Assembly (NCBI GenBank): GCA_002722515.1
Contig: PBMH01000041.1
Location: 94 to 64,093, forward strand
Source: Alphaproteobacteria bacterium
GTDB taxonomy: Bacteria > Pseudomonadota > Alphaproteobacteria > UBA6615
Direction: 5' to 3'
Length of the DNA: 64,000 bases
The notes under the pieces were generated by a model. That model saw only the letters and a list, made by a program, of their open reading frames with translations, made no database searches and was not told the origin of the DNA. A program made the translations under genes and the position numbers. Below, one piece after another: positions 29,136 through 38,815 of this stretch (its first letter is position 1; the number at the start of each line of letters is the position of its first letter).

Positions 29136-29936
29136 CTAGATGCGCTGGTCCGGCTGCGCCATGACCTGCTTCAGCACGCGCCAGTAACCGCCGATATCCG
29201 TGAAACCACCATCAACGGCGATGTCGTGACCGGTGATATAGCTGGATTCGTCACAGGCGAGAAAAAGGACCACTCGGGCGACTTCCTCTGATGTCGCGCC
29301 GCGTTCCATCGGCGTTTGGTCCGCCAGGGCTTTTACGAAATCAACCGATTCTTCGACGAGTGGCGTGTGTACGAGACCCGGATGTACCGCATTTACACGA
29401 ATTTTCCAGTCGATAAGCTCCATAGCCGCGCTTTTAGTGATCCCACGCAGTCCCCATTTGCTGGCGCTGTAAGCCGTCGCGAAATGGCCCGTCAGTCCGG
29501 CAATGGATCCGGTGTTAACGATCGCGCCGCCGTTGCTGTCGCGAATCAGGGGGGATGCCTCACGGATACCCAAGAATGCGCCAGTGAGATTAACTGACAT
29601 AAGCCGGTTCCAGTCGGCTAGGCTGGTATTTGTTATGTTGCCTCCTCGCAACGGGATGCCTGCGTTGTTGACTAGGATGTTCAAGCCGCCGAATTCGCTA
29701 CCAATCTGCGCTATCACTGAGCGCCAATTGTCTTCGTCGGCGACATCTAGATGCTGGAATCTGGCGTCACCGCCGGCATCGCGAATAGCTTTGGCCAGCT
29801 CCTCACCTGCATCGTCTGCGATGTCGGCAAGTACTACCCGTGCCCCCGACTGGGCGAACAATCTCGCTTCGGCGGCGCCCTGGCCGCTGCTGGCTCCGGT
29901 GACGAGTGCCGTTTTTCCCGAAAGTTTCTGATCCAT
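29136..29936 (-). CDS. Short-chain dehydrogenase/reductase (3-alpha,20-beta-HSD-like)
   Basis: TGASSGQG, NNAGI, YSASKW and HPG motifs. AGGAG RBS before MDQKL. Confidence 0.9.
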   Translation of the reverse strand: MDQKLSGKTALVTGASSGQGAAEARLFAQSGARVVLADIADDAGEELAKAIRDAGGDARFQHLDVADEDNWRSVIAQIGSEFGGLNILVNNAGIPLRGGNITNTSLADWNRLMSVNLTGAFLGIREASPLIRDSNGGAIVNTGSIAGLTGHFATAYSASKWGLRGITKSAAMELIDWKIRVNAVHPGLVHTPLVEESVDFVKALADQTPMERGATSEEVARVVLFLACDESSYITGHDIAVDGGFTDIGGYWRVLKQVMAQPDQRI

Positions 29937-29950
29937 AACAGGTCTCCTGT

Positions 29951-30176
29951 TTAGAAGAATGTGAGCATACGAATGCCTAGGTAGAGTGGCCATGGGAACG
30001 CGATAAGTGCCCGCCCGTTCGCCAAGCCTTTAACGATGCGTTATGCAGCGCACCCCGTTGCGGCCGCTCAGGCTTAGCTGTCTCCCCGGTGTCGCATAGG
30101 CGCGCGCCAAAGCGGCTCCTGTCCCGCTGGAAGCACCGGTTATCATGATATGACTAGGTGTTTTAAGAAACGACAC
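29951..30176 (-). pseudogene. Collapsed SDR gene: only the N- and C-termini remain
   Basis: HIMITGASSGTGAALARAYATPGRQLSLSGRN is joined, with a frameshift, to AA*RIVKGLANGRALIAFPWPLYLGIRML. The catalytic core is absent. Confidence 0.75.
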
Positions 30177-30297
30177 GTGCTGTCCTATAGTTGCGTACCG
30201 GGTTGTTGGTGGTCTGGTGCCAAGCTATAAGGCTCGCCATGATAACAGCACTTGGGCGTCCCGTAACTTTCGGTCTCCTCGGCGAAAACTTGGCGCT

Positions 30298-31188
30298 ATG
30301 ACACTGCAAAGCATGACTGGTTTCTCCCGTACGGCCGGGCGAGATGATGCATTTTCTTGGGCATGGGAAGGACGCAGCGTGAATGCGCGTGGCCTCGACA
30401 TCCGGTGCCGCGTCCCCAACGGTTACGAGGCAGTTGAGCAGGCTATTCGGGGGTTAGCCGAGAAGCAGTTCCAACGCGGCAGTGTGACATTAGGGTTATC
30501 ACTTGAGAGCCTAAACGAAGCGCGGACGCAGTTTCGGATCAATCGGGATCTGCTGGCGCAAGTCCAGGCGCTTCGCGACGAGCTGGGCGAGGGAGTTTCC
30601 GATTCTCCACTCACGCTTGAAGGCCTTCTGTCGATCAGGGGTATGCTGGAGGCTGTGGAGGATTGCGGGGATGCCGATGCCCGCGCCGCCCGTGAGACGG
30701 CAATGATTGATGATGGTCATACGATGTTGGCCGCGTTGTCGAACGCACGCGCGGACGAAGGGCGCAGACTCAATGGTATCATGGCCGAGCATCTCGAAGG
30801 ACTCGCGAACCTGACGGCGGCGGCGAGAACATCTGCTGCTGCACAGCCCGAGGCGATCCGGACCCGTTTGGCGAGTCTGGTGGATGAATTGTTGGGTGTG
30901 GATGCAAAGCTTCCCGAGGACCGGCTTTCTCAGGAGGCTGCCATATTGGTGGGGAAGGCGGATATTCGTGAGGAGTTGGACCGTCTCGATGTGCATGTTC
31001 AGGGTGCACGCGACCTATTGGTCGAGCAACGTGGGGTTGGGCGTCGTCTGGATTTCCTTTGTCAGGAGCTGAACCGGGAAGCCAACACTCTATGTTCGAA
31101 ATCTGCTGATGTGGAGCTAACCCAGATCGGATTATCTATTAAAGCGACAATCGAGAAATTCCGAGAGCAAGTTCAGAATGTGGAGTAG
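30298..31188 (+). CDS. yicC: YicC/YloC family endoribonuclease
   Basis: SMTGF, RSVN.RGLD, EELDRL..H, GRRLDFL.QE.NREANT.CSK and REQVQNVE motifs. Confidence 0.93.
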   Translation: MTLQSMTGFSRTAGRDDAFSWAWEGRSVNARGLDIRCRVPNGYEAVEQAIRGLAEKQFQRGSVTLGLSLESLNEARTQFRINRDLLAQVQALRDELGEGVSDSPLTLEGLLSIRGMLEAVEDCGDADARAARETAMIDDGHTMLAALSNARADEGRRLNGIMAEHLEGLANLTAAARTSAAAQPEAIRTRLASLVDELLGVDAKLPEDRLSQEAAILVGKADIREELDRLDVHVQGARDLLVEQRGVGRRLDFLCQELNREANTLCSKSADVELTQIGLSIKATIEKFREQVQNVE

Positions 31189-31196
31189 AACTCGTT

Positions 31197-31850
31197 ATGG
31201 TCGATGACCAAACAAGTGGATTGCAGATCAAACGGCGCGGCTTGATGCTCGTCCTGTCCTCGCCGTCCGGAGCGGGCAAAACATCGATCTCACGCGCAGT
31301 TCTGGATCGGGATGATGCGATTTCTTTGTCGATATCGGTGACCACGCGGCCGCGCCGGCCCGGCGAAGTAGATGGAGAGCACTATATTTTTCTCGATCGT
31401 ACCGAGTTCGACCTAATGGTGAACCGGAAGGAACTACTCGAATATGCGAAAGTCTTCGACCATTACTATGGTACGCCGTGTGCACCGGTAGAGGCCGCGC
31501 TCAGCGGGGGTCGGGATGTGCTCTTCGATATCGACTGGCAGGGAACGCAGCAGGTGGGTGAAAGCGCCCGCGATGACCTGGTGAGCGTATTTATTCTTCC
31601 CCCGTCGACGTCCGAACTTGAACGTAGGCTCCAAAGCCGGGCTCAGGACAGCCATGAGATCATTGCGGATCGCATGGCTAAAGCGGCCGACGAGATTACC
31701 CATTGGTCTGAATATGACTACGTAGTGGTCAATGAGAGATTCGAGGATAGCGTGGCCAAGGTAATGGCGATTCTGGATGCCGAGCGTCTTCGCCGGGCAC
31801 GCCAGGAGGGGATGTCGGACCTCGTCCGCCTGCTGCGGCAAGGACAGTGA
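31197..31850 (+). CDS. gmk: Guanylate kinase
   Basis: SSPSGAGKT, TTR..RPGEVDG.HY and FDIDWQG motifs. Confidence 0.96.
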   Translation: MVDDQTSGLQIKRRGLMLVLSSPSGAGKTSISRAVLDRDDAISLSISVTTRPRRPGEVDGEHYIFLDRTEFDLMVNRKELLEYAKVFDHYYGTPCAPVEAALSGGRDVLFDIDWQGTQQVGESARDDLVSVFILPPSTSELERRLQSRAQDSHEIIADRMAKAADEITHWSEYDYVVVNERFEDSVAKVMAILDAERLRRARQEGMSDLVRLLRQGQ

Positions 31851-32083
31851 ATTGGTCCGTTTGATCCGTACTACGAAGCGGTGCTTCTTTATTTGGTAAC
31901 ACTTTGGTCTTCGAGAGCAGATGCTACCGGCAAAACGGTTGGCTCGGTCGCCCGTATTCGGGGCCGGGGACTTGGTCACAAAATCAAAGGCCTGCGCGTC
32001 GGCCCCGTTGGCTGTGTTTGGCAATAGGGTGCGGCATCGCGCTAGAGGAATCACTGCATCCGTATACAGAACCAGCGTACGGC

Positions 32084-32923
32084 TTAATGCTTAAGTCGAT
32101 GATCGTGCAGAATTCGTGCGATAGCGCAGAATTGTTCGATATTAAGTTCTTCGGCCCTCGCGTCCTCGGGCACTTCTGCTGCGGCGAGTATATCTGCGCC
32201 ACCGATGGACGAAAGGGAACGGCGCAGCATCTTGCGCCGTTGGCCAAAGGCCGCACGGGTCACGATCTCCAGGTCTTCCCGTCGCGCAGGGGCAAGCGGT
32301 GACGGACGCATTTCGAGGTTTACGACGCTTGATGTGACATTAGGCGGTGGTACAAAGGCGGAAGCAGGTACATCGAACATCAATCGTGGTTCAGTGAGCC
32401 AGCGTGCGAGCACGGACAGGCGGCCGTACGATTTTCTGCCGGGTGTTGCCGCGATCCGCGCAGCGACTTCTTTCTGGTACATTAGCGTGAACCCGACAAA
32501 GTCTTCGCTTTGCGCCAACCAGTTGATCAGTAGCTGGGTTCCCACATTGTACGGTAGATTAGCGACAACTCGGCGCGGATGCGGGGTTAGTGAAGGTAGG
32601 TCGGCCTCAAGCGCATCGGCAGCGATTACAGTCAACCGCCCGCCTGCATGGTCTGCGAGCTCTTGTAGGGCGGCGACCGCTCTGGAATCACGCTCCACGG
32701 CGTAAACATGCTTGGCATCAGATTCGAGTAGGGCGCGGGTCAATCCGCCGGGGCCGGCACCGATTTCTATGACGTTAACGCCCGTGAGGTTGCCGGCAAC
32801 CGAGACAATTCGGCGGGTTAAGTTGAGGTCGAAAAGGAAATGCTGTCCGAGGGATTTCTGGGCGGTGATATCGAACCGCTCGACAGTTTCGCGCAGGGGC
32901 GGGAGTGCGTCGGCGTCAAACAC
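32084..32923 (-). CDS. rsmA: 16S rRNA dimethyltransferase RsmA/KsgA
   Basis: KSLGQHFL, EIG.GPG.LT, NLPYN, M.QKEVA and F.QRRK motifs. Confidence 0.95.
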   Translation of the reverse strand: MFDADALPPLRETVERFDITAQKSLGQHFLFDLNLTRRIVSVAGNLTGVNVIEIGAGPGGLTRALLESDAKHVYAVERDSRAVAALQELADHAGGRLTVIAADALEADLPSLTPHPRRVVANLPYNVGTQLLINWLAQSEDFVGFTLMYQKEVAARIAATPGRKSYGRLSVLARWLTEPRLMFDVPASAFVPPPNVTSSVVNLEMRPSPLAPARREDLEIVTRAAFGQRRKMLRRSLSSIGGADILAAAEVPEDARAEELNIEQFCAIARILHDHRLKH

Positions 32924-34232
32924 GTAGGTCTATGAACGCAGCACGGCGGAGGTCGCGGAGGTAACGCCGCGAAAGCATGTCCACACGTTCGCGCTCTATG
33001 GTGCGACGAATTTCGTCGCGGCTCGGACCTATATTCTCCTGTCGTTCGCAGATCATAAGCACCTGAACCCCGTTAGGAAGGCGGATTGGTTCGCTGGCCT
33101 TGCCAACAGCAAGCTGCGCCGCCAACAAGCGCAGCTCGGGGTTTAACTCCTTGAGCTGGAAGCGGGCGGGTTTAGGGGGCTGAGGAACTCCGGCATTGAT
33201 TGCGGCCGCTGCGAAGTCATCGCACCCGTCGACGCTCGACACTATCGCTTGGGCAGTTTGAATGTGTGCGTCAATGGTGTCCGGAGAGGAATCGGCGGCT
33301 ACCTGCAACAACATTTGGCGCACGGAAACCGTTCGTTCGTTGGGGTCAGGTGGCGCGTTAGTCCGCTGATCGATCAGGATAACGATTTGGACGCCTTCCG
33401 GAACGTTGATTGGATTTGATATTTCTAAGCGGTCCAGGCTGGTTATGACCCTGTCCACGGCGGCATCGAGCTCTCCGGGTTGAACCCAGCCGATGTCACC
33501 ACCCGTGGCCGCGGTAGCACTTTTCGAGAATTGCCTCGCGACGGCTCGGAAGTTGGCGCCGTCTCGCAGCTGTTTTACCAGTCTCTTCGCGAGAGTTTGG
33601 ATGTCTTGGGCGTCGGCTGGGTTATCGATTGGTAGAAAAATTTCGCCAACGCGGTATTCCGTCACACCCCTGGTCGCCTGAATTCGCGCGATTACATCGT
33701 CAATCTCTTCGTCGCCTATATCGATCGTTGGAACCACTTTTCGGGCAAGGAGTTTCTGCCATGATAGGTTGGATGTTATTTGGTCTTGCGCGGTATCAAA
33801 TGAAACCCCCTGTCGCTCAACGAAGGCTTCGAAGCCGCCCGCGGGTAGGTTGTTTGCTCGCTCGATTTGTTGCATCGCGTCCCCGATCTCGCGCTCCGTG
33901 ATCCGGATGTTAAGGCGCTCGGCTTCCTGGGTCTGCAGGGCTTCGTCTATCAGTTCGCGTAACACCTGCGGGGCAATACGTCGCTGCGTTTCAGCATTGT
34001 CTGGCAGTCTGGCGGATGTGATGAGGAGTTGCATACGCTGCTGCACATCGAATATGGAAATGACCTTCTCGTTTACGACGGCGGCTATGCGTTGCACATC
34101 CTGTGCCGGAGATGGCACTGAAAATGCCAACAAAACCAGGGCGATCACAACGGGGATGTAGGCTAGGCCGCGCTTTTTGGCTGCCCGGTTCGAAGCCGTT
34201 CTATTTGGCATATGTTCGGGTGCGTGTATCAT
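32916..34232 (-). CDS. surA: SurA-like periplasmic peptidyl-prolyl isomerase/chaperone
   Basis: IAAVVN...I, parvulin domain F..VA..FS...A..GG..GW and YLRDLRR.AFID motifs. Exact start uncertain. Confidence 0.88.
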   Translation of the reverse strand: MIHAPEHMPNRTASNRAAKKRGLAYIPVVIALVLLAFSVPSPAQDVQRIAAVVNEKVISIFDVQQRMQLLITSARLPDNAETQRRIAPQVLRELIDEALQTQEAERLNIRITEREIGDAMQQIERANNLPAGGFEAFVERQGVSFDTAQDQITSNLSWQKLLARKVVPTIDIGDEEIDDVIARIQATRGVTEYRVGEIFLPIDNPADAQDIQTLAKRLVKQLRDGANFRAVARQFSKSATAATGGDIGWVQPGELDAAVDRVITSLDRLEISNPINVPEGVQIVILIDQRTNAPPDPNERTVSVRQMLLQVAADSSPDTIDAHIQTAQAIVSSVDGCDDFAAAAINAGVPQPPKPARFQLKELNPELRLLAAQLAVGKASEPIRLPNGVQVLMICERQENIGPSRDEIRRTIERERVDMLSRRYLRDLRRAAFIDLRV

Positions 34233-36359
34233 TTAGAAGATCGAAGACCCAATCTGACCAAGGCTCTTGAAGGTAACCCGGAGCGTTAGCGATTCAACTC
34301 GCGGAATGTCGCGGTCCGTTGTGAATGTTCGTGCATATACTAGCTCGAAGTTCATGCAATCGCACTCGTAGACCAGTGATCCACCATAGGAAAGGGTTCC
34401 GCCTTCAGTTGTAAGATCGCGTTGTGTTTGGATTTGGGCGGACCATTGGTTTGTGAGTTTTGACTTTACGGCTGCGGTAACCTCTTCGCGATCGGCAAAG
34501 CCGCTGGTCCGGTCAAAGAAAACATAGTTGAGGTTGAGATTGAGGGCCGGTGGACCTACGGCGGACGATATCTCGGTCCGGCGCGCTCGCAGCGAATCAT
34601 GATCGAAGCGCGTCTTGTAGAGCAGGCTCGTAAACCGGTTGGGCTTTATTTGTAAATTGGCCACGATGTCGGAGAGCTGATCTTCAAGCCCTGTGCCTAG
34701 CGGGAATGGATTGGATTTGCGAAAGCGGAAGGATTGTCCGACCGTGAGAGTTGAATTGCCACCAAGTTCGCCGAAAACGCCTGTCCGCATACCATAAACA
34801 ATCCGCTGTCCACCCTCGACGCGATCGGTACCGGAAAAACGGTTTGCGGCGAACAGATTGGTTTCATCGAAAGCGATGCTCTGACTGTCTTCGTCGGGTA
34901 TTTTATCTGGGTTTCCGCCGTTGGGTGCTAGCACGAGTGCCAACAGAGGCTCCAACAACTGGCTATTAGGCCCTGAGCGTCGGATCCAGGGATACCGCCA
35001 ACTAACGATCGCTTGGGGGAAGATGCGGCCGACCACGGCATCTTTGAGGCCATTCGGAGTCGAGACATCATTAACGTTGTAAAGGTCGCCTTGCACGGAC
35101 GTACGGAAGCTGGTGATTGAGCCGAGGCTGTCCGTGTTGGATATTTGCCAACCTGGGGTGAGGCTGATGCGTTGGCTCGTTGCGCCTTTTTCGCGGGTAA
35201 GCGCGCGTAGGTCCGCATCAAGAGTAGTCATGCCGCCGAAGCTTCCGGGTGGACTTATATAGCTGTACTCAAGGTTCGGAAGGACTACCGGCGTCTCTTC
35301 TTGGATGTCGCTGTTGCGTAACCCCTGGAAATAGAGCCCCTCCGCGACCGCATGCGATCTCGCGCCGAAGCCTTCGACATAGAGATGATTGGTGAGAGTA
35401 TGCCCGCTTTTGAAGCCATACCGACCCATATACGTGTCATCGCTGGCCAGCTGAATGTCTGCTCCCCATCGCCAGAGTTCGTCGATAGAGAACCGTGTTT
35501 TCGAGTCGATATGCCCGCGTATCCGGTCTTCTCCGCCTTGTGCATCGTCTTGTGTGAAAGATAGCCTCGTCCTGTTCTCGCCGGCGCTAAAACGGTGCCG
35601 GTATTCGCCCGTGACGACCGGAAATTGATCGGTTGAGATAATTGGATCGAATGTAAGGTCCCGATCGTCAGAGATAGCCCAGAAGTAGGGCACCTGAATG
35701 GACGACCCGAGAAGGCTCGACGCGCCGAAGTTGGGTGTTAGGATACCGGACTTGCGCTCTACCGAAGGGTCGGGGTGGCTTAGGAATGGGGTGTAAGCGA
35801 CCGGGACACCGAGAACCTCGAGAGAGGCATCGCGGTAGATAATCTCTTGTGCATCTGCGTCGTGCACTGCACGGCGTGCCTTGATTTGCCAGAGTGGCTC
35901 TTTGTCGGAGCCCAGGCAGGTGCGGCAGGGCGAGTACACGGCTCGGCTGAGTTCTGTTTCGATGCCGCCGCGCCGGTGCGCGCTGGCTGCAGCGAGCCGG
36001 GAGTCGTCATCGAGCAGCATCCGGAAGCCGCGGAGGAACCCTTCGCGCATATCAGCGGTAAGTTCCGCGAATTCGGCGAAGAGCACTTCGCCTGTCGGTT
36101 CGAGCAACACGACGTTGCCCGATGCCGTGACGATGTCGTCGCGTTGATTGTAGGTCACGGTATCCGCATTCAGAATCCGTTCGCCCTTGATAATCTCCAC
36201 GTTGCCGCGGGCGGTCGCTGTGCCGAGATCCTCGTCGAATGAAAGATTGTCTGCGGTCATTAGAACCGGCTGGTTGGAATCTATTTCCTGCGCGGTTGCG
36301 GACACCACGAGCATCAAAGCCGCCGTCAAGCCGAGCGAGAATGTTAGCCTGCGGAGCAC
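34233..36359 (-). CDS. lptD: LPS-assembly outer membrane protein LptD
   Basis: OstA-like N-terminus (A.GNV, YSPC..C..PLWQI.A), R.SG.L.P, NRFSG.DR.EGG and YECDC motifs. Confidence 0.92.
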   Translation of the reverse strand: MLRRLTFSLGLTAALMLVVSATAQEIDSNQPVLMTADNLSFDEDLGTATARGNVEIIKGERILNADTVTYNQRDDIVTASGNVVLLEPTGEVLFAEFAELTADMREGFLRGFRMLLDDDSRLAAASAHRRGGIETELSRAVYSPCRTCLGSDKEPLWQIKARRAVHDADAQEIIYRDASLEVLGVPVAYTPFLSHPDPSVERKSGILTPNFGASSLLGSSIQVPYFWAISDDRDLTFDPIISTDQFPVVTGEYRHRFSAGENRTRLSFTQDDAQGGEDRIRGHIDSKTRFSIDELWRWGADIQLASDDTYMGRYGFKSGHTLTNHLYVEGFGARSHAVAEGLYFQGLRNSDIQEETPVVLPNLEYSYISPPGSFGGMTTLDADLRALTREKGATSQRISLTPGWQISNTDSLGSITSFRTSVQGDLYNVNDVSTPNGLKDAVVGRIFPQAIVSWRYPWIRRSGPNSQLLEPLLALVLAPNGGNPDKIPDEDSQSIAFDETNLFAANRFSGTDRVEGGQRIVYGMRTGVFGELGGNSTLTVGQSFRFRKSNPFPLGTGLEDQLSDIVANLQIKPNRFTSLLYKTRFDHDSLRARRTEISSAVGPPALNLNLNYVFFDRTSGFADREEVTAAVKSKLTNQWSAQIQTQRDLTTEGGTLSYGGSLVYECDCMNFELVYARTFTTDRDIPRVESLTLRVTFKSLGQIGSSIF

Positions 36360-36361
36360 TG

Positions 36362-37462
36362 TTACCCGTCCTCAAGGTGGAGCAGAGAAGTGATGCCGGC
36401 GAGTAGACTGACCCCAGCGGGTGTCCACGCGGCGAGTAGCACCGGCACGCTAACGCCGAGCCCGAGAGCTTGGATTACGTTGGTAAGGAGGAACAGAAAA
36501 AAACTGACAAGTACGCCCGCGCCGACTAGCAGGACAGTCCCGCCGCGTCGCGTCAGACGCAACGAGAAGGTTGCGGCAATCAGTACCATTGCAGCGAGCA
36601 GAACAGGCTCGGCAAGAAGTGTGTGCAGTTGCAACTGGTGTGCCACCGGCGAAAACCCGGTTTCCTCCAGAACCCGGATGAAGCGCGGCAGATTCCATAA
36701 CGCCACCGTGTCGGGGCTAGCAAAGCTCTCTTGTATTTTGTCGGGTGTCAGATCGGTCGCTAGGTCTTGTGTTTCGACGAATACGCCGGCGCGTCCCGGG
36801 CGGGTGAGCCATGCATCTGAGAGCTGCCAGCGACCATCCTGAAGAAGCGCAGCCTTGGCATCTATGCGTGCAATGAACTTGTCGCCCTCAGAAAATTCAA
36901 AAACGATGACTTGCTCGAGGCGAAGCTCGTCGGGTTGCACGCGCGCGGCGTGAATTACTGTTTGTCCATCTCCATTCGCGCTGTTCTGTCGCAACCAGAT
37001 TCCCTCGGTCGAAACGGCAAGCAGAGATGAACGGCCTGTAAAATAGCGTCCCTCTAGTTCTTCAAACTGCGATAGGAGTACCGCCGAGAGCGGATTGATT
37101 ACCGAAATGTTGATTATGCCAATGGTGATTGCCGCGATTATCGCGGGTGTTAGGAACTGCCAGACAGATACTCCGGCGGCACGCAGCACCACAAGCTCGT
37201 GATTCCGGGTAAGGCGCAGGAACGTGAAAATACCACCAAACATGACGGCAAACGGCATGGCTTCCTGGGCAAGAAAGGGTGTGCGCAATAGCGCCATGCT
37301 GGTGATGATGCTGAACGTTGCTTCGCTGCGTCCGCTGCCGCGGCGCAGAAGTTCGACGGCATCGATCAGGACAATTACGGCCACGATCGTCATGAACATG
37401 ATAGCAAACCAAACCAGGAACTGGCGAAGAATATAGAGAGATATGGTCCGCGAGTTGATCAC
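36362..37462 (-). CDS. lptG: LPS export ABC permease LptG
   Basis: ELVVLRAAGVSVWQFL.P, GIWLRQ, AAW.P and LLHLEDG C-terminus. Confidence 0.9.
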   Translation of the reverse strand: MINSRTISLYILRQFLVWFAIMFMTIVAVIVLIDAVELLRRGSGRSEATFSIITSMALLRTPFLAQEAMPFAVMFGGIFTFLRLTRNHELVVLRAAGVSVWQFLTPAIIAAITIGIINISVINPLSAVLLSQFEELEGRYFTGRSSLLAVSTEGIWLRQNSANGDGQTVIHAARVQPDELRLEQVIVFEFSEGDKFIARIDAKAALLQDGRWQLSDAWLTRPGRAGVFVETQDLATDLTPDKIQESFASPDTVALWNLPRFIRVLEETGFSPVAHQLQLHTLLAEPVLLAAMVLIAATFSLRLTRRGGTVLLVGAGVLVSFFLFLLTNVIQALGLGVSVPVLLAAWTPAGVSLLAGITSLLHLEDG

Positions 37463-37474
37463 TTGAACGGTAGC

Positions 37475-38590
37475 CTAGGCATTTGAAGAGGAGATTGCCG
37501 GATTGCGTTGGCGCGGATTGCGTACCAGCCAATATATAGACAAAAGGATGGCGCTGATCGGAAGTCCGTAGCTAAACGGTATGATTGCCAGAAATCTGCG
37601 CGAGATATTGGACAGGCCAAGCGCCGCGACTTGGATCGCGAAAATCAGTGTGATTGCGAGCAATATTCTGTTCGTCTGACCCCGGCGGTTCAAATCGCCT
37701 GATAACAGCACCGCGACGGCAACCGCAGCAAACGCAAGTATTTGTAGCGGACTGGTCAGCCTTCGATGTCCCTCGGCGATGAGTTGCCCCGAATATGTAC
37801 GATCATGCAGCCCATCGCCGGGCCACAAAAGTGTGCTGAGAAAGCGCTCTTCGGGTTCGCGCCAGCGTGTCGAGATGTCTTGGCTGATCAGACTTAGATC
37901 CAAGGAGTACTGGTCAAAGTTGAACAAAGTCAAACGGCCGGATTCGCGATCAACCTCCTGCTGGCTGCCATTAAACAGTACCACCCGAGTTCCCTGTGCA
38001 TTCTGGCTGGCGATCCCGCGCTCGGCTGTATAGGTCACCGGGCGCTCAGGCACGCGCGAATCATGGGCAAAAATGCCACGCAACTCACCTTCGCCCGACC
38101 GTTCGCGTACATAGATTGTTAGCCCGTCTACCGGCGCGTTGAAGCGCTGTTCCTGGAGGAGGATACTGCCGTAGCTGTTCCGATAGTTGAATTGTTGCAA
38201 TTTGAAGGCGTGGGTGGCTGCTGGCACGAGATAGAGGTGCAGCGCATAGCTGATAAGGACGCCAAGCGCGCCCAGCAGAAGGCCTGGTCTTGCCAACGAC
38301 ATTTGGCCAATCCCCGCGGCCCGCATGGCGACGAGCTCACTGTCGTTTGTGAGCTTGTTGTAGACCACAAGTACGGCAGCGAAGATCGCGATCGGTAGCA
38401 CCACCGCCATGAACTTCGGTAGGTTGAGCGCGCTCATTTCAAATAGGACGGAAATGGGTAGGCCGCGGTTCACGATGAAATCGATCAGCCGAACCGATCC
38501 GAACAGGGAAATCAGAAGGGTTAATGCGCCTGCGACGAATAGGGCCGCTAATGCGAGTTGTCGGAATATATATCCGCTGATCGACGCCAT
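37475..38590 (-). CDS. lptF: LPS export ABC permease LptF
   Basis: YIFRQL, DSELVAMRAAG, F..Y.LDL and E.H.RL..PL motifs. Confidence 0.9.
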   Translation of the reverse strand: MASISGYIFRQLALAALFVAGALTLLISLFGSVRLIDFIVNRGLPISVLFEMSALNLPKFMAVVLPIAIFAAVLVVYNKLTNDSELVAMRAAGIGQMSLARPGLLLGALGVLISYALHLYLVPAATHAFKLQQFNYRNSYGSILLQEQRFNAPVDGLTIYVRERSGEGELRGIFAHDSRVPERPVTYTAERGIASQNAQGTRVVLFNGSQQEVDRESGRLTLFNFDQYSLDLSLISQDISTRWREPEERFLSTLLWPGDGLHDRTYSGQLIAEGHRRLTSPLQILAFAAVAVAVLLSGDLNRRGQTNRILLAITLIFAIQVAALGLSNISRRFLAIIPFSYGLPISAILLSIYWLVRNPRQRNPAISSSNA

Positions 38591-38815
38591 GGATGCTCCC
38601 GGTGTGACGTTTTCACTGAAACGTCTCCCAAGTTGCTGATTCGTAAAACAAACATCTACTTTACAGTTAGTTTGTAACAGATCGATCGGCGTGGAAAAAC
38701 ACCCGCCGTGTTTTGAGCTGTCGCCTTGCGCGCGCAGCGTTCGTACTCTAAATCTCGGAGAGTTCTCGACGGCACATCGTAACCGTTCTCCCGCACTTTT
38801 ATGGAATATAAGGTC

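Noticed and set aside
31955-32000. GRGLGHKIKG resembling the RibA GRGIGL.NKI motif
   Set aside because: Spacing to the upstream LLYL segment is wrong and no other RibA motifs are present.
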